A stretch of 63,058 nucleotides of DNA, filler included, from Octopus bimaculoides (taxonomy: Eukaryota): assembly GCF_001194135.2 (NCBI RefSeq). It is 4 parts of 3 records of this genome, joined end to end, with 100 filler letters (N's around TTAATTAATTAA, not from the genome) between each part and the next. Parts side by side here need not be neighbours in the genome. Positions count along the whole stretch, not along the records: positions 1 to 30,212 come from NC_068981.1; 3 more parts are not named here. One strand, given 5' to 3'. The notes under the pieces are model-generated. The model was not told where the DNA came from. It saw only the letters and a list, made by a program, of their open reading frames with translations, and did no database searches. Made by a program: the position numbers and the translations under genes. How positions within the stretch are numbered: the stretch's first letter is position 1; every line of letters starts with the position of its first letter. Shown in pieces: positions 1 to 11,650 of the stretch.

Positions 1-3000
1 GAATCTCGCAGTTGTTGGTCCGACCCCACCAAACGTCTCGGATGGAAAATGTAGTTGGCCGACAGATCGCGATATTTCAGGATTTTGTTTTGCTCAGCCG
101 CAGAAGCTGTGGATCTCGCCCTGACCGCAGCATCCAGGATGTGAGAAGAAGCAAAGGAGTCGCTAACTGCGACATCTCAGACAAGGCATCTGCCATGCGA
201 CCAGGGGCACAGGATGCAGCTGTCGGGTCTATTCCCATCACATCTGGACAATCCAGATGGTTCCTAAGATGGAGGGGATGTTTGCCCGGGCCAAGCACCC
301 CTTGAGTATCAGGTTCGATTCCGTATGACGCGCGAAGCGACCAGCATTCAGGCGGCAAGAAAGGCCATGGAGGCCTGTGGAGTCGAGGAGCTTGCCACAA
401 CTACAGATCAAACCAGTGCATACGTCAGCGCCCACTCTGAGGGCAATGGAGACACGAAGTTCGTCCAAGCTGAGTAGGCCACCAACATTAGCCACAGTCA
501 CCTGAGTATTTGGCGCTAGCAGACAGTAAGCGGCACCTTGAAAACTGGATGAAGAGGGAATAGTAGGTGGCCTTCCAAATTATTTTATCCCAAGCTCTCT
601 GGACTCCGACAGTCCTCCATCTTCTCAGGAGCAGACAAGCCCAATTCCCTCCAGGGCTGGAGAGCTTAATCCAACTCCCTGTTGGAACTGGTCCGTGTTG
701 GAGAAGAGAGAATGTTGCTCACCAGGGTGGATAAGACGTGGGTGGAGGAAAGGAAGCAGGGAAGAGAGGGACGAACACTTACGAAGACCAAGGCCTCCAA
801 ATCGCTTGGGCAATGCAGCCTGATCGCGGGACGTTGGAGAGAGTCTGACATTGACTAAGCATTCGAGTCTCTCAAAGATTAGGTTGTCGAAGCGTTGGAG
901 GCACGATGGGAATCGGTAAGATGAGCTGACTCTGAGTAAATAAAGAAACTTAGGGATCGAGAGGTAATTCCTAAGTATGAAAAAACTTTGATGGAGTTCG
1001 ATAGCTTCAATATTTTTCAGCAATTTCTCAAGGGCAGTCACCTTTGACTGGAAGATGGACTCAAAGGCAAGGTCAGTGATTGGGACACCTAGAGAGCACC
1101 AAGCCTGTGGGGGAGGGACTGCAATGGAAGAGAAGGACTCTGCAAAAAGGTCAATAGTTGGTTGATGTTGAGAGCCGGGTGGTTGAAGATCCAGAACTCA
1201 CATTTAGAGAGCTGTTTACTCGGAGATCCCGGCGACCAAGCTCCCCAACCATCATGATTGCAATGACGAGAACTCTGTCCGGAGATTCCCCAAACAAACA
1301 AACATCGTCGAGTTTCCAGCTCGACACTCATTTGGTGATGTCATCAATGTCCAGTGCGAACAGAGCGGGCCCGAGTGGTTCGCCCTGTTGGACTCCTGAG
1401 GCGGAGGTGATGATTTGGTTACCGAAAGAGATATAGGAGGGATCCCGATAAGCCTGCCATACAAGACGGTAGAGTTGTGGGACTTTCTCTCTTACTGAAC
1501 TGGGGACAGCATCGCGGCTGATGGAGTTGAAGGCATTCTTAAGGTCAAATTTGAGGACCTTGGGTGACAAGGAGGGCAAGTTGGCATAGGCTGTGGTAAC
1601 ATGGGCGGCAGCTTCACATCCCAATTTGGTGCCCACTCTTAGATGGGTGGGGGAAAATCCCTCCTCCAATTAGCTAGAGATCGATTGTAAGCACACCTTT
1701 GCAGTGAGGCGGTGAAGAGTGCAGCCGACCTAATGGGTCTCAGGTCTCCATTGGGTTTGGTGAGCCCGAATTATTTTGCACCGAATAATAGTGGAGGGAT
1801 ATAAGGGAAGACGTTCGCTGAAGAGAACTGATTCACAAACTGAGTCAAATTCTCCAAGAGCTCAAGTCCGGCGTCACCGGCCGATAAGGAGATACCATCC
1901 TTGAGGTGTTGAGGCCGAAAAACCATCAATTCCCGCACCTGAACCAACAGGGAAGGATGAAATCGCCTTTCTGATGTTATCGGAGGTGAAGACCGGTCTC
2001 AAGTATTCTACGGGATCGGGCCAGTTTAGTTGATTATCACGGGGTGCCGGTGGGTGCTTCTCTTTCAGACGTCTAAGAGACTCAGAGTCACACGGAGCGA
2101 GGGAGGACAGAGAAGAGAGGAAATGACAGCCCCTTTTATACTGACTTTGCTGAATTTAACATTGACTGCGCGCTTAAGGTTTATCGGTTGTCTGTCGGTA
2201 GACACCGTGCTCGATGTCAAATTGAGGTGAGAAGTAGTCGGGGTAGACTCAAATAGCTGGAATTGTCGCTTGAGAGTGGATGTAAGGGAGCTCGATTTCA
2301 CATCGTGCACGTGGAGAGAGATGCACGTGGTAACAGAAACAGTTTCTGCCAGTTGGACGCATTGTTGAATAAACATACGTTTTTCAACAAGCTGGAGAGC
2401 GCGTGAGCAAAGCTATTCCGATCTCCCTTAGGGATCCGGTTAACAAGCTTCGATTTAGATAAACCCTGGAGGATTGCAGCAAAGTCCTCAGTAAAGAGCT
2501 GGTCGTCGGAGTGTGAGGCATCTCCACGGAGTGCGTCAGGGCTAAAGTGGCACTGAATGCAGGTCCAGTATGGAAGACTTTCGTTTTGAGCCTTGGTGAT
2601 GCGGACACAACTCCTGTGGTAATTTTGGTGGCACAGGTGACAATTAATTGTCTTTAAGTAACGGCTAGTGCAAGCACAGAGAATACAGTCAGGTGGCGAA
2701 CTAGCATCGACCGACTGTAGAGGGCTAGCATTAAAACTCAATCGAGGGAGTGCAGCATTGGTTCCAAAGGTGGGACTAGAACGGATGTCGGGTGATGCAG
2801 GTGGGGGGAGTTAAAAGTTGTAGGAGTGGTGGGGTTGGCAGGGTTAATTCCGTTTCCAACGAAGGTCGGGTGGTGGGGGTTGATAAGGTTAATTCCGTTC
2901 GGAACCCGTGGTGGAGAGAGGTTAGCTTCTCTCAAGCGTACCGAAGTTGGTGGAGAATGAGAGGTCAGAGGTTGATCTATTGTCACATAGTCGTTCTACT

Positions 3001-3350
3001 AGGCAGGTCTCTTGGTCGTTTGACGCTTGCCTCCGCCACCAAGAATGGATAGGTTAAAGTGGTGGCGACCCCATCAATCGGCAGTTGTCAGTGATTGGGA
3101 GATAAAGAGCAACGTACGTACAAGAATGAGGGGGGAGGAAAAAAGAAAAAAAGAGGGAGAGTAGAAAAGAAGAGAAAGGTGACAAAACTTTACAGAGCGC
3201 TACGAAAAAAGTTTAAGAGTCACACACGTGCAACATCCTCCAAAATGGCAGAGGGAATAGAGCAAAACAAGATAAAGATGATAAACTGTTCAAGTTCAAG
3301 ATCAAAAGCGCTGAAATGAGAAAAAAAAAAAGGAAAGAGAGAGAGAGAGA
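1..3350 (-). mobile_element. Decayed CRE-clade (RLE-type) non-LTR retrotransposon: Pro-rich N-terminus, PHD finger, RT, CCHC knuckle and restriction-like endonuclease; many stops and frameshifts; continues past the left window edge
   Basis: Minus-strand motifs in the expected order: LAPCDSESLRRLKEKHPPAP, KPNGDLRPI, GCEAAAH, KFDLKNAFNSISR, SGVQQGEPLGPALF, WKLDD (RT; ORF 1328-1669), LPKRFGGLGLR (ORF 625-1041), CSCGKLLDSTGLHGLSC...GRFARH (ORF 238-501), then EPSGLSRCDGNRPD...PW...*DV...AAEQNKILKY (PD..D..K-type endonuclease, about 60-270). The 5' boundary is approximate. Confidence 0.87.
2550..2687 (-). other. PHD-type zinc finger (C4-H-C3) inside the CRE element ORF
   Basis: ORF 2298-2741 contains CILC-x11-CHLC-x4-H-x2-C-x13-W-x-CIQC, the canonical PHD spacing including the Trp two residues before the seventh Cys. 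Confidence 0.78.
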
Positions 3351-3579
3351 GCAGATCATTGCGAAATTATTAAAAGACCACAAGCCACCCGCCTTTTATA
3401 TATATTTTAAATAAACTACTGTATTTTCCTGGCACGCTCACATATCAATTGTTTCTGTAGCCAGTAAGGTAGCAGCAACAACAAAAACAAGAACAGGTCA
3501 ACGTCACAATATTATGCTTATCGTTTTTTTAATATTTTTTATTTTTTCCACACAATTATTATAAGAAATTTGAAAATGT

Positions 3580-3800
3580 TTAGGAAGCTGTAGCAGGATT
3601 GTTTGAACGCTGGAGAAAATGTACTGCAGTAGCTGTTCCGACTCTTTACATTTTGAGTTCAAATTGTGCCTAGGTCAAATTTGCCTTTCTTCCTTTCGGG
3701 GTTGATGAAATAGAGTATCCAGTCAAGTACTGGAGTCAATGATATCAACTACCACCTTCTTCTCCAACTGCTGGCCTTGTGTCAAAATTTGACACCAGAG
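3580..3800 (+). mobile_element. tRNA-derived SINE, family A (diverged copy)
   Basis: Body TTTGAGTTCAAATTGTGCCTAGGTCAAATTTGCCTTTCTTCCTTTCGGGGTTGAT matches the copies at 37518, 41050 and 41295; it contains a B-box-like GAGTTCAAAT. Confidence 0.7.
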
Positions 3801-4009
3801 AGCAGAATGTGTTGAGTTTTGTTCCAGCTTAGAACCACTTTGAAATTCGATAATTCACTTAATAAATATATGGATATTATAACTTCTCATTTCCTCTAAC
3901 CTGTTCTTTAGGCAACATCAAAAATAATGACGGTTCAAACTATGTAGCCGAAATATCCGCACAATTTTTCTTCTTTTTTTTCTTTTCTTTTGCGTAGTAC
4001 TGTTACCTT

Positions 4010-4360
4010 CCCTATCTCGTTTATTTGTTTCAGTCAATAGACTGCAGCCATGAGAAATTTTAGTCGAACTATGGACCCCACTACTTTTTTTTTTTTGTAA
4101 AGCCTGGAACTTATTCTATCGTTCACTTCTGGCGAATCACTAAGTTACGGGGGATGTAAACACGCCAACACCGGTTCTCAAGCACATACACACACATACA
4201 AATATATACAGCGGGCTTCTTTCGGTTTCCGTCGACCGCATCCACCACTTGAGGATATAGAAGAAGACACTTGCCCAAAGTGCCACATAGTGGGATTGAA
4301 CTTTGCACTGTATAGTTGGGAAACAAACTTCTTACCACGCATCTACGCCTACACCTATAT
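4010..4360 (-). mobile_element. tRNA/CORE-like SINE, family B
   Basis: Same blocks as 42745-43160 (gtttcagtca, gactgc, gaagacacttgcccaa, gtgccac, gtgggattgaa). The minus strand has CTTTGGGCAAGT, resembling the CORE-SINE motif. Confidence 0.75.
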
Positions 4361-4936
4361 TTGCTTTCTTAACTAACATGTTAATTTAGTTAGTCAATAA
4401 ATAAAACTGGGAATGACTTTATTTGAAGAGCTATCGGGAGAAAAAAAGTTTTAATTTTGTGTTACACACGAATTTGAATTCTCTTCCTTGCTGTTATTTG
4501 TTCCGGAAATGAGGCTTACAATGAATTTTGTGGGTGGCTATATTTTAATTTAATTGGGTGAGGAATCTATATCACCCTGCAGACATTTTATTGTACATCT
4601 TGGCTTTACAGTTTACTTTTACTAGCTTCCAGAATGAGTCACAGAACTATTCAATTCAACCTACTTCTTCCGATTTTATTAAAAATGTCTACACAGGTGT
4701 AGTTTTTCACACCAATTACAAAAATCACAGCCCATTCTCTGGAGAAGTTTATTATAAAAAAGTTGTGAGCATATGTTTCGAAACCTCAACCACTAGATAA
4801 TCGGTCAGACACCACGAGCAAACCACCACGGTTTCACATGATCGGCCTATTAATCAACCAATCAGCGTGAGGCTGTAGCGTGACATGGTTTTCTGGAATG
4901 TTCTTTTTGTCCCTCATAAAAAGAAAACGCTTTTGG

Positions 4937-5490
4937 GGATCTTTTTTAAAACGGGGGCCACATTTTTCATTAATGTTTTACGTAATGTTTTTGGTACCGA
5001 AAGACTTTCAAACTTCGTATACTTATCTATTTTGTGTTATAGAACAGAAAAATATTTTTGTATTCGAATTTATTTCATGTAAAAAATTGTCTTATTTCGA
5101 TAATTTCAACAAATCACTGACAAGTATTCAGTTGTTTACATTTACTCCTTTGGCTGATTAAGCCATAGCTTCGTTTTATTTGCTTTTTTCTTTTTAAATT
5201 TGCTGTTTTACCCTAAACCTAACCCTAACCCTAACCCTATCACCGATAGAATTGTTTCAGAATCGTTTGTTTATGTAGTCGGCACTTAATGTATATCGGC
5301 TGAATGGACGTCAGTGATTGGTTGAAATTACAGAAATACGACAACTTTAACATGGAATAACTTAAGGATTTCTTTTTTTTTTTTAAGAAGACTAAGAGAA
5401 AAAGATGTTTTATATGACACATTCTACCAGTGTTCCAAGTTTCAAAGTGTTTCGTTAATGAAAAATGTGGCCCCCGTTTTAAAAAAATCC
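4937..5490. mobile_element. MITE with GGATC...GATCC-type TIRs, 8-bp TSD and telomere-like core (copy 1; Merlin-like by inference)
   Basis: TSD GCTTTTGG at 4929-4936 and 5491-5498. TIR GGATCTTTTTTAAAACGGGGGCCACATTTTTCATTAA pairs with TTAATGAAAAATGTGGCCCCCGTTTTAAAAAAATCC. (CCCTAA)n-like tract at about 5211-5240. Confidence 0.9.
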
Positions 5491-5984
5491 GCTTTTGGCG
5501 CTTTTTAATCGCAGAGTGTTGAATACGGCTGAGCGCTTCCACTCTTGCCACGGACATTTACGCAAACGGTCAAGGGCAGACAGCCAAGGACTTCTGCTGC
5601 AATGGAGATTTGCATAGTTGACTTAGTATATATTTTGGGCCGACCACATGTTGTCACACAGATGGCTTTCTACAATTTCAGAGCAGTCTGTCTCTCTCCC
5701 AAGCAGCAAACATTTATGTTGTGCATTGTAAACAGCGAACACAATATCTTTATGACCTGCAATAAATATTCAGTTAAATGTTCGTGAGTTGTTTCAGATA
5801 TTATTCATACACCTAGTGAAATATATCTTCATTGGCCAGCTCAACTCGAGCGACAAGCAGCCACCGCGGCAAACCTTTAAAGACGGAAATTTTATCACTA
5901 TAGTGGTGATTTTTGAAGAATTGTTTATGACTGTCTCAATCAGTTTAACTGGAGCGATACACATGTAGTACTATAATCTTTTAC

Positions 5985-6270
5985 ACTCAGTTCTGGAGTA
6001 ACTATTTGAGCTTCTGTAGTATAAGTGAGGATAGGAGCTAGCTATGGAGTGTAATATTTGAGGTAGTAGAGTAGCTAGGTACGGGTAGGAGCTAGCTCTC
6101 GAGTAGGTTGCTTTACTTACTGGCGTTTAGTACGAGTAGGAGCTAGGTGTGATGCTCGAAGTAGTACAGTATGGTCAGAGTAGGAGCTAGCTCTGGAATA
6201 TAATATTTGAGGTAGAGGAGTATAAGACGGGTAAGAGCCAACTCTGGAGTGTGTTGCTTCGGGTACTGAA
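5985..6270. repeat. Degenerate minisatellite of about 44-54 bp units anchored on AGGAGCTAG
   Basis: Motif starts at 6033, 6087, 6138, 6182 and (as AAGAGCCAA) 6233. Units 1 and 4 share TAATATTTGAGGTAG. Confidence 0.75.
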
Positions 6271-7483
6271 GTAAGGAAACATGAAAACCGGTTTCATTGT
6301 TGAGATGGTGTGGGCGAATAAGTTTTTGAAATTAACGAAAGCATGTAAGTGATGTTGAGGCTGACGGTGTCGAGAAAGGCCGTATGCAGTAGTTTTGTGT
6401 ACACTATGAAATAGGAAGTAAAGTGGGCAGAAAAGTTCGGTGGCTTCTTTAACCGGAGTCGTACTTACAAATATATCTTGGTTGAGGATAGGAGAATTTC
6501 GGAAGTTTTGTATAGTAAATACACAAAAGAGACGGGGATGGGGTGATCAAAGTAAACACGAGCAAGCGTCTAGTACACCTGTAACATATTTTTTTTCGTA
6601 GACAGGAAGTTGTCAAGTAAGTCACGTGCCACTAATTGGCTCATAATGGGTGAATGGACGATATGTTTTCTAAAACAGCATTGACACACTTCAAAATATT
6701 TTTATCCAAGAAGAGAGAAATACTGGTCTACCTGTGGGACAAGATTGATTCTTGTACCAGACATTTAATCAAACTTTTCATTTATGTCATTCTTTCTTTT
6801 AAGGGAAAAAAGAAAAGAAGGGCCAACAGCAGGAGAAAACAAGTAAATATTGTTTCTTCAAAGTCATGTTACAAATGACAAAAAAGCTTCTAACTATTCA
6901 GCCTTCTATTGATGCTGCTATTGTCGTCACAGGTCTCGTCATATTTTCTTTTTAGGGAGATGGACGTTTTACTAATATGTTTCTGTGTCCTTGTCTCCTC
7001 GTACGCGCGCGCGCGCGCGTATTGTACTCTGTGTGTGTGTTGTACATGCATGTACACACACACATATATATAGAAACAGCGAGGTCGGTGCAGCAGTTTG
7101 AAAAACTTGTCAATATTATTGAATAATGTTGGTGAATCCCGGCTGAAGAGACCTACTTTCATCAAGCGTATATTGATCGAGGCATCCAAATAAAAAAACT
7201 ATTTTTAGTATGACAACAACACATTTAATTTCTTTCAGTTTTTTTTTATGTCCTATTGTTGCTTTGTATCTCACCTGTCTCGTCTCACCTGTTCAAACAT
7301 TCACAAATTAATAAGAGAAGCAGTCCATCCAAAATTAGTTGCACAAGTCGAAACTTGTACAAAGATGAAATTTCTGAAAGAGCAATCGCGTTTTCTGTTT
7401 TGAAGTCCCGATAAGATAATTTCTGTTCATAAATAAGCTCAATAAAGTAGCCGATGTGACCCAAAATGCGCGCGCGCACACAC

Positions 7484-7517
<34 letters not shown>

Positions 7518-8554
7518 NNNNNNNNNNNNNNNNNNNNNNNNNNNNNNNNNNNNNNNNNNNNNNNNNNNNNNNNNNNNNNNNNNNNNNNNNNNNNNNNNNN
7601 NNNNNNNNNNNNNNNNNNNNNNNNNNNNNNNNNNNNNNNNNNNNNNNNNNNNNNNNNNNNNNNNNNNNNNNNNNNNNNNNNNNNNNNNNNNNNNNNNNNN
7701 NNNNNNNNNNNNNNNNNNNNNNNNNNNNNNNNNNNNNNNNNNNNNNNNNNNNNNNNNNNNNNNNNNNNNNNNNNNNNNNNNNNNNNNNNNNNNNNNNNNN
7801 NNNNNNNNNNNNNNNNNNNNNNNNNNNNNNNNNNNNNNNNNNNNNNNNNNNNNNNNNNNNNNNNNNNNNNNNNNNNNNNNNNNNNNNNNNNNNNNNNNNN
7901 NNNNNNNNNNNNNNNNNNNNNNNNNNNNNNNNNNNNNNNNNNNNNNNNNNNNNNNNNNNNNNNNNNNNNNNNNNNNNNNNNNNCCCCATAAAGCCTGCTT
8001 AATAAGAATAACTTTCAGGTAAAAAGAAGACCTGTCAAACAGCGAATGAACTCGAAAGTTAATAGTTGTTCGATAGTGTGTATATATGCATGTACTTATA
8101 TGCATATTTTTTTGTTTACGTAAAATGCACTTGGGAGGAGGGTAGTCTTAAATGAAAACAGCAACCTTTGTAGTCACCGGCCAGCTTTCTTTTCTTCTCC
8201 CATATTTTTCTTTTGCTTCTTACAAGTTCTTAACGGATTCAGAGAGTTGGGAGGTGATATTTGTGTTGCGCAGGCATTTGTCACAATAAAATTTGATGTA
8301 GGTTCTTTCTTGTTTTTCTATTGCAAGTCACTTCTCGAACTTTTTGGAATCAGAGCCAGACAATAGATTTCCATTGTAGCGGTTGGTGTATCAGGCACTT
8401 CTCTCACAATGGAATATTGCCACTTCTATAGTTCATAAAGTCATGGAATGTGTAGGATTGATGAGAACAATCGCATTTCTACCTCCAATTGCCGTGCAGC
8501 TGCGCTATCTGTTGAATGTCGACGATGTCTTGGCAAGGGAATCATGGTCTATAT

Positions 8555-8902
8555 CAGTGGTTCTCAACCATTTTTCATCTACGGATCCTTATGATTACTA
8601 TTTTGTTCTGGTGGATCCCCATAACCATTCGATGTTTAAAAACTAATTTTATTGATACTTCCTTCAAAATTCCTATTTTGTTTTTCACACATTCACTTGT
8701 GTAAACTGAGCTATGTTAAACGTTAGAGGAAGAAACCTAGCTGGGTTTTTTTTTTTTTTTTTTTTGCAATAAATAAATCTAAGGTAAAACTTTTTTATGA
8801 ACACTTAATATACGACTGTAGTTCCTCAATTTACTGTTTTACTTGCGTGCCTCCCACCAAATCTTCTTCAGAGATCATGTGAACTCGGGTTGAAAACCAC
8901 TG
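8555..8902. mobile_element. hAT (Charlie-type) MITE
   Basis: TIRs CAGTGGTTCTCAAC / GTTGAAAACCACTG. Flanks GTCTATAT / GTCTACGT give a 6/8 TSD resembling the NTCTAGAN target. A related copy lies at 33967-34294. Confidence 0.85.
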
Positions 8903-9080
8903 GTCTACGTGGTCCTTATCACTAGAGCCCTTGATAAAGAGGTATTACATCTATAAAGAAAAACGAGAATGCAAAAGGTGGTCATACTCAATTGTGAGTT
9001 GACAGCAACCTCCCACCATCACCACCACTGCAATACATACATAAATATGTGTGTTGGGGTGTATACACATACACATAATA

Positions 9081-9385
9081 CAGTATCTCACAGAAGTATG
9101 TACACCCTTTGAAAAAAATTTCAGTAAGATTGCCATTACTCTGATAATATCGAAGGAAATCTAACGAAATTTATACTGAATACATGCAAACGTTATACAA
9201 ATTAGGAACACTAAACAATAAACATTTTCAAAGATACGAACGAAATATTAATTTTCAAACGATGCAAAAATATGTACACCCTAAAGGATTATTTGCTATA
9301 TTCAATATTTGGTGTGACCGCCCTTGCTTTCAATGACTGCATTAAGTCTTCTGGGCATAGAGCCGACTAAATTTCCACATATAAC
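9081..9385 (-). mobile_element. Tc1-family transposon 3' end (IR/DR type)
   Basis: Minus strand encodes ICGNLVGSMPRRLNAVIESKGGHTKY*, a classic Tc1 C-terminus. Terminus TA|CAGTATCTCACAGAAGTATGTACACCC at 9081; inner repeat TATGTACACCCT at about 9270. Confidence 0.88.
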
Positions 9386-10290
9386 CGATGAAATCGACCT
9401 CCATTTGGAGGAACAGTATTTTGTCAGCGTGCCTTCGTGCTTGCACAAAGTGGGTCCCGATGTTGGATTCGACTTTGCTCAAATCTTTGAACTGAAGAGA
9501 AGCGAAAATGGCGTCAGGTCCTGCGTTCTGATGCTTTTTTTTTTTTCAGGAAGAAAAGAGAATGTTGCATCGCTTCAGATTGTCTTTTAATATGTCTTTG
9601 AAGCGCAAGACTGGCCTTCCAACTGAACTTTCTGTTGGGAATTGGCCAAAGAGAAGTTGCTTCGGAATTCTGATATCACACATACGTGAGAGACGACCTG
9701 ACCATCTACGCTGTATTTTGATGAGGATGGCTTCAATATCTGATATGTGGAATTCTGTTAGTACCTCACTATTATGCATATGGTTACTTGGTTTTATATT
9801 GAATATAGTACACAAGCATCGCATATGAAAAGCGTTACGCTGGTTGATGTACTTTCGGTACAGAGTCCAAGATTCAGCACCATAAAGCAATGTTGTCAAG
9901 ACCGCCGACTTATATACAATAACTTTCACTTTCAACGACACGTCGTGGCTGTTCCAAAGCCTGTGATAAAGCTTACCGAAATTGGAACTAGGCTTCCCGA
10001 TTCTGGACTCAATTTGTTTATCTATCTTCGCATCATTGGACACAATGGAACCAAGATAAGTGAAGGAGGAAACAGTTCTTAATGCTTTCCCATCAACATC
10101 TACAGTAAAGGCAACAGCGGGAAGATGGTCGCGAATGGGCTGATGAACAAGCTCAGTTTTCTTGATGCTAATATTCAGACCAGAAGCTTTCGATGCACGC
10201 GAGAAGTTGTTTAGAATTCATTGCAGCTGATTACGTTGTAAGAAAACAACAAACACCAAATATTCATATTTTGCAGCGTCGAGATTTTTT
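9385..10290 (-). mobile_element. RTE-clade LINE, 3' fragment (end of RT and C-terminal region), decayed
   Basis: ILNNFSRASKASGLNISIKKTELVHQP, then ORF 9546-10043 (VYKSAVLTTLLYGAESWTLY...RRWSGRLSRM...PKQLLFG...GRPVLRFKD), then *EKKASERRT*R...VQRFEQSR. Confidence 0.9.
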
Positions 10291-11472
10291 NNNNNNNNNN
10301 NNNNNNNNNNNNNNNNNNNNNNNNNNNNNNNNNNNNNNNNNNNNNNNNNNNNNNNNNNNNNNNNNNNNNNNNNNNNNNNNNNNNNNNNNNNNNNNNNNNN
10401 NNNNNNNNNNNNNNNNNNNNNNNNNNNNNNNNNNNNNNNNNNNNNNNNNNNNNNNNNNNNNNNNNNNNNNNNNNNNNNNNNNNNNNNNNNNNNNNNNNNN
10501 NNNNNNNNNNNNNNNNNNNNNNNNNNNNNNNNNNNNNNNNNNNNNNNNNNNNNNNNNNNNNNNNNNNNNNNNNNNNNNNNNNNNNNNNNNNNNNNNNNNN
10601 NNNNNNNNNNNNNNNNNNNNNNNNNNNNNNNNNNNNNNNNNNNNNNNNNNNNNNNNNNNNNNNNNNNNNNNNNNNNNNNNNNNNNNNNNNNNNNNNNNNN
10701 NNNNNNNNNNNNNNNNNNNNNNNNNNNNNNNNNNNNNNNNNNNNNNNNNNNNNNNNNNNNNNNNNNNNNNNNNNNNNNNNNNNNNNNNNNNNNNNNNNNN
10801 NNNNNNNNNNNNNNNNNNNNNNNNNNNNNNNNNNNNNNNNNNNNNNNNNNNNNNNNNNNNNNNNNNNNNNNNNNNNNNNNNNNNNNNNNNNNNNNNNNNN
10901 NNNNNNNNNNNNNNNNNNNNNNNNNNNNNNNNNNNNNNNNNNNNNNNNNNNNNNNNNNNNNNNNNNNNNNNNNNNNNNNNNNNNNNNNNNNNNNNNNNNN
11001 NNNNNNNNNNNNNNNNNNNNNNNNNNNNNNNNNNNNNNNNNNNNNNNNNNNNNNNNNNNNNNNNNNNNNNNNNNNNNNNNNNNNNNNNNNNNNNNNNNNN
11101 NNNNNNNNNNNNNNNNNNNNNNNNNNNNNNNNNNNNNNNNNNNNNNNNNNNNNNNNNNNNNNNNNNNNNNNNNNNNNNNNNNNNNNNNNNNNNNNNNNNN
11201 ACTGCAGACAGCCAGCAAGAGGCAAACGGTCGGCAGCCAGCAAGAGGTCGACAGCCCGCAGTTAACTTGCGCCAGTCAAGCAGCCAACACAGAACCACAT
11301 ATTCAGCATGAACGACCCAATACAGTAGCAGTCGCAGAACATAAACAAACAAGACCAAATGGCCAACGCACACACAGACACAAAACATGTCCGGTTCTAC
11401 CTCTTCACATTGACACAGTATTTCTCCTGTTTATTTTTACTTCGCGAAACTCGAAGCAAGTTGGTAATGTCA

Positions 11473-11635
11473 TGTAGCGGATTTCCTTTGTATACAACAC
11501 ATAGATCCAAGTGTCGATTAAACAAATTACTTAAACCACAATCCGATGCTTTCCCAATGTTTTACTTTGATGTCGTTCACAAACCTATTTCATCTGCTAC
11601 CATAACAACATCTTTTGCTACATCAACCCGCTACA
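11473..11635 (+). repeat. Probable 5' LTR (163 bp)
   Basis: Bounded by the perfect inverted repeat TGTAGCGG...CCGCTACA and directly followed by TT and the PBS. No second copy is available to confirm the left edge. Confidence 0.65.
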
Positions 11636-11637
11636 TT

Positions 11638-11650
11638 TGGTGACCCTGAC
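11638..11650 (+). promoter_or_regulatory. Primer-binding site, tRNA-Trp type
   Basis: TGGTGACCCTGAC, 2 nt after the LTR-terminal CA. A TGGTGACCCC-type PBS is characteristic of the CsRn1 lineage. Confidence 0.75.

Noticed and set aside
4760-4870. Possible fourth hammerhead relic (GAAACC...GGTTTC-GAAAC-ATATGC on the minus strand)
   Set aside because: The CUGANGA core and the NUH site are both absent; too degenerate to support.
5985-6270. CRISPR-like pattern of a conserved motif with variable spacers
   Set aside because: The context is eukaryotic, the conserved part is only about 15 nt, the spacers are related to each other, and there are no cas genes. It is a degenerate minisatellite.
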